From: Burkholderiales bacterium
GTDB lineage: Bacteria; Pseudomonadota; Gammaproteobacteria; Burkholderiales; SG8-39
Assembly (NCBI GenBank): GCA_046347635.1
Contig: JAXMFT010000003.1
Span: forward strand, 215,551-279,550
DNA length: 64,000 bases
Direction: 5' to 3'
Below, piece by piece: positions 54,249 to 63,324 of this stretch (position 1 is the stretch's first letter; each line of letters opens with the position of its first letter). The notes beneath the pieces were generated by a model, which was not told the origin of the DNA, did not search any database, and worked only from the letters and a program-made list of their open reading frames with translations. Made by a program: the position numbers and the translations under genes.

Positions 54249-55469
54249 ATGGAAGGCCCGCAGGTCCGCGTCCCGCCCGCCGGCAGGGGCAAGCTCGCCG
54301 AGAACGTCATGCACTTCGCGCGCGTGCTGCGCGCGGCCGGCCTCCCGGTCGGCCCGGGAAAGGTGCTCGACGCGCTGGCGGCGCTCGAGATCGCCGGGGT
54401 CGAGCGCCGCGACGACTTCTACTGGACGCTCGCCGCGGTGTTCGTCGACCGGCGCGAGCAGTTCGAGCTCTTCGACCAGGCGTTCCACATCTTCTGGCGC
54501 GACCCGAAGCTGCTCGAGCGGGTGATGTCGCTCTTCCTGCCGCAGGTGCAGGGGCGGGTCCAGGAGGAGCAGCCGGAGATGTCGAACCGCCTCGCCGACG
54601 CGCTGCTGCCGCGCGACAAGCCCGGCGAGACGCCGGAAGCGCCGCAGGAGATCGAGCTCGACGCGACCTTCACCGTCTCGGAGCGCGAGGTGCTGCAGCG
54701 CGCCGACTTCGAGTCGATGACGAACGAGGAGCTCGCGCAGGCGAAGAAGCTGATCGCGAACCTGCGCCTGCCGATCCCCGAGGTGCGCACGCGCCGGCTC
54801 GTGCCCGACGCGCGCGGGCGCCGGGTCGACCTGCGCGCCACCCTGCGCGCGACGCTGCGCTCGGGCGCCGACATCATCCCGCTGCGCCGCCGCTCGCCGG
54901 AGTCGCGCCACCCGCCGCTCGTCGTGCTGTGCGACATCTCCGGCTCGATGAGCCGCTACTCGCGCATGTTCCTGCACTTCCTGCACGCGATCACCAACGA
55001 CCGCGACCGGGTGCACACGTTCGTCTTCGGCACGCGCCTCACCAACATCACGCGCCACCTGCGCCACCGCGACGTGGACGTGGCGCTGGCGGGCGTCGCC
55101 GCCGCGGTCGCCGACTGGTCCGGCGGCACGCGCATCGGCGCGAGCATCAAGGAATTCAACCTGCGCTGGTCGCGCCGGGTGCTCGGGCAGAACGCCGTGC
55201 TGCTCCTCATCACCGACGGCCTCGACCGCGACCTCGGCAAGGACCTCGGCCCGGAGATGGAGCGGCTGCACAAGAGCTGCCGCAAGCTCATCTGGCTCAA
55301 TCCCCTGCTGCGCTACGAGGGCTTCGAGCCGCGGCCGCTCGGCGTGCGGGTCATGCTGCCGCACGTGGACGCCTTCCTGCCGGCGCACAATATCGACAGC
55401 CTGATCGCGCTCGGGCGCGCGCTCTCGTCCCTGCCGGACGGCGCGGCCCCGGCGCGGCGGGCCGCCTGA
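54249..55469 (+). CDS. coxE: VWA-domain protein (CoxE-like)
   Basis: 406 aa. FARVLRAAGLPVG is the N-terminal region, and VVLCDISGSMSRYSR is a MIDAS DxSxS motif. An alternative start (MHFARVL) lies about 20 codons downstream. Confidence 0.8.
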   Translation: MEGPQVRVPPAGRGKLAENVMHFARVLRAAGLPVGPGKVLDALAALEIAGVERRDDFYWTLAAVFVDRREQFELFDQAFHIFWRDPKLLERVMSLFLPQVQGRVQEEQPEMSNRLADALLPRDKPGETPEAPQEIELDATFTVSEREVLQRADFESMTNEELAQAKKLIANLRLPIPEVRTRRLVPDARGRRVDLRATLRATLRSGADIIPLRRRSPESRHPPLVVLCDISGSMSRYSRMFLHFLHAITNDRDRVHTFVFGTRLTNITRHLRHRDVDVALAGVAAAVADWSGGTRIGASIKEFNLRWSRRVLGQNAVLLLITDGLDRDLGKDLGPEMERLHKSCRKLIWLNPLLRYEGFEPRPLGVRVMLPHVDAFLPAHNIDSLIALGRALSSLPDGAAPARRAA

Positions 55470-55501
55470 CCCCCGTCCACCCGGAACGAAGAGGAACGAC
55501 G

Positions 55502-56065
55502 ATGGAGATGACCGGTGAGCAGCTGATCGCGCTGCCGCAGCAGCGCGTGTGGGAGGGCCTCAACGACCCCGCGGTGCTCAAGGCCTGCATCCCGGGCTGC
55601 GAGACGATCGAGAAGGTCTCCGACAGCGAGTACCGCGTCGCGCTGACGGCGGCGGTGGGCCCGGTGAAGGCGAAGTTCAACGGCAAGCTGCTGTTGGCCG
55701 ACCTCGATCCGCCCAACTCCTACACCCTGACGTTCGAGGGCTCGGGCGGCGCCGCGGGGTTCGGCAAGGGCGGCGCGCAGGTCGCGCTCGCGCCCGAGGG
55801 CACGGGGACGAAGCTCTCCTACAAGGCGAACGCGCAGGTCGGCGGCAAGCTCGCGCAGGTGGGTTCGCGCCTGATCGACGGCGTGGCGAAGAAGATGGCC
55901 GACGAGTTCTTCCAGCGCTTCAACCTCCATCTCGCCGGCCCGGCGCCGGCGGCGCCGGCCCCAGCGGCGGCGGCGGCGGTCGAGCAGGGACCGTGGCTCA
56001 CCCCGGTCTGGGCGTTCGCCGCGTCGTTCGTGGTCGCGCTCGCCCTCATCTGGATCCTGGGGTGA
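55502..56065 (+). CDS. coxG: CoxG-like SRPBCC protein with Ala/Pro linker and C-terminal TM anchor
   Basis: 187 aa. The order is MEMTGEQLIALPQQRVWEGLNDPAVLKACIPGCE..., then GPAPAAPAPAAAAA, then a hydrophobic tail WAFAASFVVALALIWILG. Confidence 0.8.
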   Translation: MEMTGEQLIALPQQRVWEGLNDPAVLKACIPGCETIEKVSDSEYRVALTAAVGPVKAKFNGKLLLADLDPPNSYTLTFEGSGGAAGFGKGGAQVALAPEGTGTKLSYKANAQVGGKLAQVGSRLIDGVAKKMADEFFQRFNLHLAGPAPAAPAPAAAAAVEQGPWLTPVWAFAASFVVALALIWILG

Positions 56066-56130
56066 CGCGCCCGGCGGCGATCGGCTGCACCAGGTCGCGC
56101 GCCCCGAGCAGCCTGGCGGCGGCTCGCGCC

Positions 56131-57021
56131 CTAGCCCGAGCGTCCGGGCGTCGCGGTGCGGGTGGGGGAGATCCGGCGCGCGAGCTCGACCAGCTCGCGC
56201 ACCGCGGACAGGTACTTCTCGTACCCGACGTCGGTCGAGTTGCGGTGCGTGCCGTTCGCGATCAGCAACAGGCGCTTGGGGTCGCGCGCCGCCGCGTACA
56301 GCCGCTCGGTCATCGCGGGCGGGACGAACCGGTCGGCGGTGCCGTGCACGAATAGGATCGGCGCGCTCACCGCCGGCACCTTGGCGAGCGAGTCGAAGCG
56401 CTGCGTGATCAGCCCGTCCAGCGAGAGGCTGGTGTAGCCGAGCGCATCCACCATGTCGCGGATCGAGGTGAAGCTCGACTCGACGATCACTCCGGCGACG
56501 TCGTCGTTGCGCGTCGCGAGCTCGATCGCCACCGCGCCGCCCAGCGAGTGCCCGTACAGGAAACGCCGCGCGGGGTCGCGCTCCCGCCCGCGCAGGTGCT
56601 CCCACGCGGCCTGCGCGTCGGCGTACGCCTGCGCCTCCGAGGGCAGCGCGCCGTCGCTGCGCCCGAAGCCGCGGTAGTCGATCGCCAGCACCGCGAAGCC
56701 CATGCGGTGGAGCTGTCCGATGCGGCGCAGATTGTTGGAGAGGCTCCAGCGCGCGCCGTGCAGGTAGAGCAGCGCGGGCGCGCCGGCGTCGGCGGCGGGA
56801 ATCCACCACCCGTTCACGCGTTCGCGCTCGCCTCCGGCGCCCGGCACCGCGAGCCACACCTCGTCGAAGCGCAGCCCGAGGTCGGCGGGGGTCGCCTGCA
56901 CCTCGCGCTGCGGGCGGAAGATCCACTCGCGCTGCTTCACGTCGAGGTAGGCGCACCCTCCGGCCGCGAGGGTGACGGCGGCCAGCACCGCCGCCACGCC
57001 GCGAGTGAACCCGGCCGTCAT
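56131..57021 (-). CDS. Alpha/beta hydrolase (S33/BEM46-like) with N-terminal signal/anchor
   Basis: 296 aa. YGHSLGGAVA is a GxSxG motif, and the N-terminal segment VAAVLAAVTLAAGGC is hydrophobic. Confidence 0.75.
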   Translation of the reverse strand: MTAGFTRGVAAVLAAVTLAAGGCAYLDVKQREWIFRPQREVQATPADLGLRFDEVWLAVPGAGGERERVNGWWIPAADAGAPALLYLHGARWSLSNNLRRIGQLHRMGFAVLAIDYRGFGRSDGALPSEAQAYADAQAAWEHLRGRERDPARRFLYGHSLGGAVAIELATRNDDVAGVIVESSFTSIRDMVDALGYTSLSLDGLITQRFDSLAKVPAVSAPILFVHGTADRFVPPAMTERLYAAARDPKRLLLIANGTHRNSTDVGYEKYLSAVRELVELARRISPTRTATPGRSG

Positions 57022-57055
57022 TCCCGCGCGCGCTCCCGTGCCTCGTCGCGCGCCG

Positions 57056-57901
57056 CTAGCGCTTCGTCCCGGTCCAGCGCGACTCGGGACCGGTCTCGAG
57101 CTTCATCGTGCCTTCGAGCGCGTTGCCGTTGATGCGGCCGCTGAAGTCGCGCCGCACGCCGCCCTGGTCGACGAACGAAAAGGCGATCCGGTCGCCGTGC
57201 AGCTTGGCGTCGCGCAGCCCCGCGTTGACCGTGCCGAGCTTCACCGAGCCCTCGAGCATCTGGTACTTCTGCTCGAGCGTGACGTCGAGGACGTCGCCGC
57301 CGGAGACGAGGCGCCAGGTGCCCGCGGCCTTCGCCGGGACCAGCCAGAAGTAGGCCCGCCGCCCGTCGATGGTGGTGATCTCGTCGGGCTGCCAGTCGTC
57401 CATGTTGAACTGGTGCGAGACGATGCGCGTGCCGGGCTTCATGTCGAGCAGCTTCGGGCGCAGCTTCAGGTTCAGCCCGGGCAGCAGGTACATCGTGATC
57501 ACCGTCGCCTGGCTGAAATCGCTCTCGAAGATGTCGGCCTTGGCGAAGCGCGCCTTGCCCGCCACCCCCTCCTTCGCCGCGTTGCGGTTGGAGAGATCGA
57601 CCATGTCGGGGTTGTACTCGATGCCCATCGAGCGGGCGCCGAACTTCTTCGCCGCGGCGATCGCGATGCGGCCGTCGCCCGAGCCGAGGTCGATCACGAA
57701 GTCGTTCGGGGTGGTCTGCGCCATGCGCAGCATCCGCTCGACCAGCTCCTCGGGGGTCGGCACCCAGATCACGTCCTTGCCGGCCTGCCCGACCTGGGGC
57801 GCGAAGTCTTCCTTCTTCTGGGCTTGGGCCGCGGCGGTGGCGGCGACTGCGACGAGGGCCAGCGCGGCGGCGGCCCGGCGGACGAGCGTGGAGGACCTCA
57901 A
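57056..57901 (-). CDS. Class-I SAM-dependent methyltransferase fold protein with a cleavable-looking signal peptide
   Basis: 281 aa. MRSSTLVRRAAAALALVAVAATAAAQAQ looks like a signal peptide. VIDLGSGDGRIAIAAA is SAM motif I. Confidence 0.7.
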   Translation of the reverse strand: MRSSTLVRRAAAALALVAVAATAAAQAQKKEDFAPQVGQAGKDVIWVPTPEELVERMLRMAQTTPNDFVIDLGSGDGRIAIAAAKKFGARSMGIEYNPDMVDLSNRNAAKEGVAGKARFAKADIFESDFSQATVITMYLLPGLNLKLRPKLLDMKPGTRIVSHQFNMDDWQPDEITTIDGRRAYFWLVPAKAAGTWRLVSGGDVLDVTLEQKYQMLEGSVKLGTVNAGLRDAKLHGDRIAFSFVDQGGVRRDFSGRINGNALEGTMKLETGPESRWTGTKR

Positions 57902-58113
57902 GACCTTCTCCCTTGCGTGATGGGCCGGCCGGGCCGGCGAAGGGCGCAGAGTTTAGCATCGACCCTCGCGCGCCCCGGTGGTTCCCGGCCCTGCCGTCGC
58001 CCCGGGCGCGCCCGGGGTCCGGGGCGCCGCGATCGGGGCGCGAGCGGCAGATTTGCACAGCGTGCCACGGGGACCATGGCGGCGCGGGCGCGCGCCCGTT
58101 CCATAATCGCCCG

Positions 58114-61100
58114 ATGGGAGGAGACCACCCGGCCGTCACCCGGCCCCCCGTCGATGCGTTCGAGCTCGCCGGCACCGGGATCGCGATCATCGACGCGAGC
58201 GGGGTCGTGCTGCGCGCCAACCCGGCCTACTGCGAGCTCGTCGGCCGGAGGGAGGCCGAGCTGGTCGGCCAGGCCCTCTCCCTCGTGTTTCCGCGCGAGC
58301 AGCAGGCCCTTGCGCGCCGCGCCCTGAAGGCCGCGCTCGCGCCGGCGACGCTGCCGCTGCCGAGCTACTGGACGCTGGTGCGGCCCGACGGCCGGACCGT
58401 CGCCGCCCTGCTCACCGTGCGTCCCGCCGGCTTCGACGACACGCTCGCGGTGGTCACCGCGACCGACGTCACCGCCCTCGCCGCCACCGAGGCGCGGCTC
58501 ACCGCGGTGCTGGAGGAGAGCCGCCTGATCCTCGAGCACGCCCAGGTCGGGGTCGCCTTCGTGCGGCGCGGCCGCGTGATGCGCGCCAACGCGACCTGCG
58601 CGCGCATGTTCGGGTACGGCGTGCGCGAGCTCGTCGGCGAGCCGGCGGCGGAGCTGCTCGCCCCCGCCGGCGCGCCCGCGCCGGCGAGCGGCGTGCTCGA
58701 GGCGGCGTGGAACGGCGAGCGGCTGCTGCGCCGGCGCGACGGGTCGGAGTTCTGGTGCGAGATCGACATCCAGCCGTTCGGCGCTCCCGGCGACCCCGGG
58801 CAGGCGATCCTGACGCTGCGCGACGTCACCGCGCGGCGCCTGGCGCAGGACGAGCTCGCGCGCCTGATGCTCGACCAGCGCGCGCTGCTCGACAACGCCT
58901 CGGTCGCGATCCTGTTCACCCGCGAGCGGCGCGTGCAGCGCTGCAACCGGCGCGCGGAGGAGCTGCTCGGCTACGGCCCGGGCGAGCTCATCGGCCTGCC
59001 CGGCATGGTCTTCTACCCCGACGCCGAGGCCTACGCGGCGATCGGCCGCGAGGCCGGCCCGATCCTCGCGCGCGGCGAGGCGTTCAGGACCGAGCTGCAG
59101 CTCGCGCGCAAGGACCGCTCGCTGCTCTGGTGCCGCCTGCACGCGAAGGCGGTGAACCCGCACGCGACCGGCGAGGGCACGATCTGGATCGCCGAGGACA
59201 TCAGCGAGGCGCGCCTCGCGAGCGAGTCGCTCGGGCGGCTGCTGCGCGAGCTCTCCACCATCTTCGACAACGCGGCGGTCGGGATCGCCTACACGCGCGA
59301 GCGGATCTTCCTGCGCTGCAACCGCAAGCAGGAAGAGCTCTTCGGGTACGGGCTGGGCGAGCTCGAGGGGCAGAGCGCCGCGGTGCTCTTCCCGGACGCG
59401 GACGCGTTCGAGGCGTTCGGCGCCCGCTCCGAGGCGGTGATCGCCTCCGGCGAGACCTACGAGGCGGAGATCGTGAACCGGCGCCGCGACGGCTCGTCCG
59501 TCCTGTGCCACGTCTCGGGCCGCGCGATCGACCCGGCCGATCTCGCGCAGGGCGTGATCTGGATCATCCAGGACGTGACCGCCGAGCGCGCCGCGCAGCA
59601 GGAGCTCGTGCGCGGCCGCGACCAGCTCGAGCAGCGCGTCGCCGAGCGCACCCACGCGCTCGCGCGCAAGAACGTGGAGCTGCAGTCCGAGATCGGCGAG
59701 CGCCGCCTGATCGAGGAGGAGCTGCGGGTGCGCAGCGAACGGCTCCTCTTCCACCGCAACCAGCTGCTCGCGCTCGCGCGCCGCGACCGGTCGGACTTCG
59801 CGCAGGCGCTGCGCGAAGTCCTCGCGGTGGCGTGCACGACGCTGCGCCTGGACCGCGCGAGCTTCTGGCGCATGTCCCCGGACGCGCGGGCGCTGCGCTG
59901 CGAGGCGGTGTTCCGCGCCGACGGCGGGGTGGACGCGGCGCCGGTGCCCGCGCTGCTCGGCGCCGGCGAGCACGCCGAGTACTTCCGTGCGATCGGGGCG
60001 AACGAGATCGTCGCCGCCGACGACGCCGGCAGCCACCCGGCCACCCGCTCGCTCGACCCGGTGTACATGCGGCCGCTCGGCATCGCCTCCACGCTCGACC
60101 TGCCGGTGTGGCTCGACGGGCGCGTCGTCGGGATGGTGTGCCTGGAGGCGATCGCCGCGCCGCGCGCCTGGCAGCCCGAGGAGATCGACTTCGCCTCCGG
60201 CGTGGCGACGATGGTCGCGCTCGCGATCGAGGCCTCGCACCGGCGCGACGCCGAGGCGCGCCTGGTGCGGCTCGCGCACTACGACTCGCTCACCGGGCTG
60301 CCGAACCGGAACCTGCTGCACGACCGCCTGCGGCAGGCGCTCGTCTACGCCGCGCGCCACCGCTCGCGCGTGGCGCTCATGTTCCTCGACCTCGACCGCT
60401 TCAAGACCATCAACGACTCGCTCGGCCACCACGTCGGCGACCGGATCCTCAAGGAGGTCGCGGCGCGCCTCACCCGCACGCTGCGCAGCGGCGACACCGT
60501 CGCGCGCCTCGGCGGCGACGAGTTCGTGGTGGTGCTGCAGGAGGTGCGCGAGCCGAACGACGCCGCGCACGTGGCGCAGAACCTGCTGCGCGAGCTCGCC
60601 CCGCCGTGCGCGGTGGACGGGCGCGAGCTGCACCTTTCGGCCAGCATCGGGATCACCATCTTCCCCGACGACGGGCGCGAGGCCGACGTGCTGATGAAGC
60701 ACGCCGACGTGGCGATGTACCACGTCAAGGAGGGCGGGCGCAACGGCTACCAGTTCTTCGCCGCCACCATGAACCAGCAGGCGAACCGGCGGCTCACGAT
60801 CGAGAACGAGCTGCGCCGCGCCATCCGCCGCGGCGAGCTGGTGCTGCACTACCAGCCGCAGTACGACATCGAGCGCGGGGAGCTGCGCACGCTCGAGGCG
60901 CTGGTGCGCTGGCTGCATCCCGAGCGCGGCCTGGTGATGCCGGGCGGCTTCATCACCATCGCCGAGGACGGCGGGCTCGCGCAGGCGCTCGGCGACTGGA
61001 CGCTGCGCGAGGCGTGCCTGCAGAGCGAGCGCTGGCGGCGCGCCGGCATCGAGCCGGTCCCGATCGCGGTCAACCTGTCGGCGCGCGCGTTCCGCGAGCG

Positions 61101-61572
61101 CTCGCTGCCCGACACGCTGCGCGCGATCCTGCAGGAGACCGGCGTGGACGCGCGCATGCTGGAGCTCGAGATCACCGAGAGCGCGCTGATGCAGCACTCG
61201 GAGGCCACCGCCACCACCCTCGCCGAGCTCTCGGCGATGGGCATCCAGCTCGCGGTGGACGACTTCGGCACCGGCTACTCGAGCCTCGCCTACCTCAAGC
61301 GCTTCCCGATCGACAAGCTGAAGATCGACCGCTCGTTCGTGCGCGAGGTCCCGGGCAACGTGGACGACGCGGCGATCACGCAGGCGATCATCTCGCTCGC
61401 GCGCACCCTCGGCCTGCGGGTGGTGGCCGAGGGCGTGGAGACCGGCGCCCAGCTCGAGTTCCTGCGCCGCCACGGCTGCGACGGCGTGCAGGGCCACCTC
61501 TTCTGCCCGCCCTGCGACCCGGGCGAGACCGAGCGCCTCTTCGGCCCGAGCCCGGCGCGCAGGGCCGGCTGA
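58114..61572 (+). CDS. Multi-PAS/GAF sensor with GGDEF and EAL domains
   Basis: I prefer ATG 58114 (MGGDHPAVTRPP...). The order of domains is repeated PAS/PAC blocks, a GAF-like region, RLGGDEFVVVL (GGDEF), then LEALVRW...DDFGTGYSSL...KIDRSF (EAL). Confidence 0.85.
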   Translation: MGGDHPAVTRPPVDAFELAGTGIAIIDASGVVLRANPAYCELVGRREAELVGQALSLVFPREQQALARRALKAALAPATLPLPSYWTLVRPDGRTVAALLTVRPAGFDDTLAVVTATDVTALAATEARLTAVLEESRLILEHAQVGVAFVRRGRVMRANATCARMFGYGVRELVGEPAAELLAPAGAPAPASGVLEAAWNGERLLRRRDGSEFWCEIDIQPFGAPGDPGQAILTLRDVTARRLAQDELARLMLDQRALLDNASVAILFTRERRVQRCNRRAEELLGYGPGELIGLPGMVFYPDAEAYAAIGREAGPILARGEAFRTELQLARKDRSLLWCRLHAKAVNPHATGEGTIWIAEDISEARLASESLGRLLRELSTIFDNAAVGIAYTRERIFLRCNRKQEELFGYGLGELEGQSAAVLFPDADAFEAFGARSEAVIASGETYEAEIVNRRRDGSSVLCHVSGRAIDPADLAQGVIWIIQDVTAERAAQQELVRGRDQLEQRVAERTHALARKNVELQSEIGERRLIEEELRVRSERLLFHRNQLLALARRDRSDFAQALREVLAVACTTLRLDRASFWRMSPDARALRCEAVFRADGGVDAAPVPALLGAGEHAEYFRAIGANEIVAADDAGSHPATRSLDPVYMRPLGIASTLDLPVWLDGRVVGMVCLEAIAAPRAWQPEEIDFASGVATMVALAIEASHRRDAEARLVRLAHYDSLTGLPNRNLLHDRLRQALVYAARHRSRVALMFLDLDRFKTINDSLGHHVGDRILKEVAARLTRTLRSGDTVARLGGDEFVVVLQEVREPNDAAHVAQNLLRELAPPCAVDGRELHLSASIGITIFPDDGREADVLMKHADVAMYHVKEGGRNGYQFFAATMNQQANRRLTIENELRRAIRRGELVLHYQPQYDIERGELRTLEALVRWLHPERGLVMPGGFITIAEDGGLAQALGDWTLREACLQSERWRRAGIEPVPIAVNLSARAFRERSLPDTLRAILQETGVDARMLELEITESALMQHSEATATTLAELSAMGIQLAVDDFGTGYSSLAYLKRFPIDKLKIDRSFVREVPGNVDDAAITQAIISLARTLGLRVVAEGVETGAQLEFLRRHGCDGVQGHLFCPPCDPGETERLFGPSPARRAG

Positions 61573-61582
61573 CGCCCTGCGC

Positions 61583-63304
61583 CTACTCGACGGCGAACCG
61601 CGCCGGCCGCTCCCCGCGCGCCGCGCGCGCCGCCATCGTCTCGAACGCGCGCTCGATTCCGCGCGCGAACCGCGCGGTGTCGAAGAGCGGCAGCGCGCGC
61701 CGGTTGCGCCCGAGCCGCGCCTTCAGCTCCGCGCGCCGCTCCGGCGCACGCGCGAGCTCGATCGCCGTGCGCTCGTAGTCGGCGAGCGTCGCCACGGCGA
61801 GCTCCGGCAGCCCGACGGCGTGCAGGAGGCTCGTCGCCACGCGCCCCTGGAACGACGGCGCCGGGCAGGTGAGCACCGGCAGCCCGGCCCAGAGCGCGTC
61901 GCACGCGGTCGTGTGCGCGTTGTACAGGTGCGTGTCGAGAAAGAGGTCGGCCACGCCGTGGCGCGCGAGGTGCGCGGATTTCTCGGCGATGCGCGCTGCG
62001 AACACGAGCCGGTCCGCGGCGACGCCCGCGCGCGCGGCCGCCTGCGCGAGGTTGCCGCGCGCCCCGGGGCCGGGGTCCGCGAGCCACAGCACCGAATCCG
62101 GCACCGCCGCGAGCACGCGCATCCAGCGCGCGAAGATGCCGGCGTCGATCTTGGCCACCTGGTTGAAGGCGCAGAACACCACGCCGCGCGCGGGCAGCCC
62201 GCACTCGGCGCGCGTCGGCACCCGCGCGTCGATCGGCTGCGTGTCGTCGGTCGCGAGGTAGCTGTGCGGCAGCCAGACCACCTGCTCCGAGTACCACGCG
62301 AGGTCGCTCTCGGGGACCACGACCCGGTCGCCCACCAGGTAGTCGATGAAGCCGGCGCCCGTGGTGCCCGCGTAGCCGAGCCAGGCCGCCTGCACCGGCG
62401 CCGGGCGCAGCGCGAACACCTCGGGCCGGCTGCGGCCGGTGTGCGACATCAGGTCCACCAGCACGTCGATGCCGTCGGCCGCGATGCGCTCGGCCGCCGC
62501 CCGGAACGGGGCCGCGCCCAGGTCGACGAAGCGCGCGCACGCGGCGGCGATGCGGCGCCGGTACGCGCTCCCGTCGTCGTGCCCGAACGAGTAGGCGTGG
62601 ATGTCGAAGCGCGCGCGGTCGTGCCGCTCGAAGAGGCCGGCGGTGAGGTGTGCCACCGCGTGGTCGTGGAAGTCCGCCGAGGCGTAGCCGATGCGCAGCC
62701 GCTCCCCGCGCGCGCGCGCTTCCCGGCGCAGCGGCGCCCCGGCGCGCGCCGCGACGCGGCCGGCGTGATGCCGCGCGATCGCGAACCGGAGCTCCGGCGC
62801 GCGCGGCAGCAGCAGCGAGTTGAACGGCGTGACGCAGTCGAGCCACTCGCCGGCGCCCGCGCGCGCCCAGCGCTCGTTCAGGCGCGCCACCTCGGCGCTC
62901 ACCGCGTCCCACACGCAGAGGTCCATCAGCGGGCGCACGAGGTTGGCGCGCGCCTCGGCGTGGTCGGGCGCGAGGCGCAACACCTCGCGGTAGTGGGCCA
63001 CGGCCTCCGCGGGCCGGCCGGCCATGGCGAGCACGTTGGCGAGGTTGAGGCGCGCGTTCGCGTGGCGCGGATCGAGCTCGACCGCGCGGGCGAGGCGCGC
63101 GAGGCCCTCGTCGAGGCGCCGCTGCTCCCACAGCACCATGCCGAGGTTGCCGTACGCCGGCGCGAACCCCGGCGCCGCGTCGACCGCGGCGCGGAAGGCG
63201 CGCTCGGCGCCGGCGAGGTCGCCCGCGTGCCAGCGCGCGAGGCCCGCCTCGTTGAGGCCGGGGGCGCGGCCGGCGCGCAGCGACCGCAGGAGGTTCTTCA
63301 GCAT
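61583..63304 (-). CDS. TPR-repeat protein with C-terminal O-GlcNAc-transferase (GT41/SPINDLY)-like domain
   Basis: 573 aa. The N-terminus has TPR repeats (GDLAGAERAFRAAVDAAPGFAPAYGNLG...). The C-terminal half, YLVGDRVVVPE...FNQVAKID...DTHLYNAHTTACDALWAGLPVLT, resembles bacterial OGT-like proteins. Confidence 0.7.
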   Translation of the reverse strand: MLKNLLRSLRAGRAPGLNEAGLARWHAGDLAGAERAFRAAVDAAPGFAPAYGNLGMVLWEQRRLDEGLARLARAVELDPRHANARLNLANVLAMAGRPAEAVAHYREVLRLAPDHAEARANLVRPLMDLCVWDAVSAEVARLNERWARAGAGEWLDCVTPFNSLLLPRAPELRFAIARHHAGRVAARAGAPLRREARARGERLRIGYASADFHDHAVAHLTAGLFERHDRARFDIHAYSFGHDDGSAYRRRIAAACARFVDLGAAPFRAAAERIAADGIDVLVDLMSHTGRSRPEVFALRPAPVQAAWLGYAGTTGAGFIDYLVGDRVVVPESDLAWYSEQVVWLPHSYLATDDTQPIDARVPTRAECGLPARGVVFCAFNQVAKIDAGIFARWMRVLAAVPDSVLWLADPGPGARGNLAQAAARAGVAADRLVFAARIAEKSAHLARHGVADLFLDTHLYNAHTTACDALWAGLPVLTCPAPSFQGRVATSLLHAVGLPELAVATLADYERTAIELARAPERRAELKARLGRNRRALPLFDTARFARGIERAFETMAARAARGERPARFAVE

Positions 63305-63324
63305 CCCGGCGCGCGGCGGACCGG

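Noticed and set aside
56950-57021. Possible lipoprotein lipobox (LAAGGC) at the N-terminus of the 56131..57021 hydrolase
   Set aside because: The residues preceding the Cys (A-G-G) fit the lipobox consensus only loosely. I therefore call it a generic signal/anchor.
57898-61497. 1199-aa minus-strand ORF
   Set aside because: It is antisense to the PAS-GAF-GGDEF-EAL gene and has low-complexity composition.
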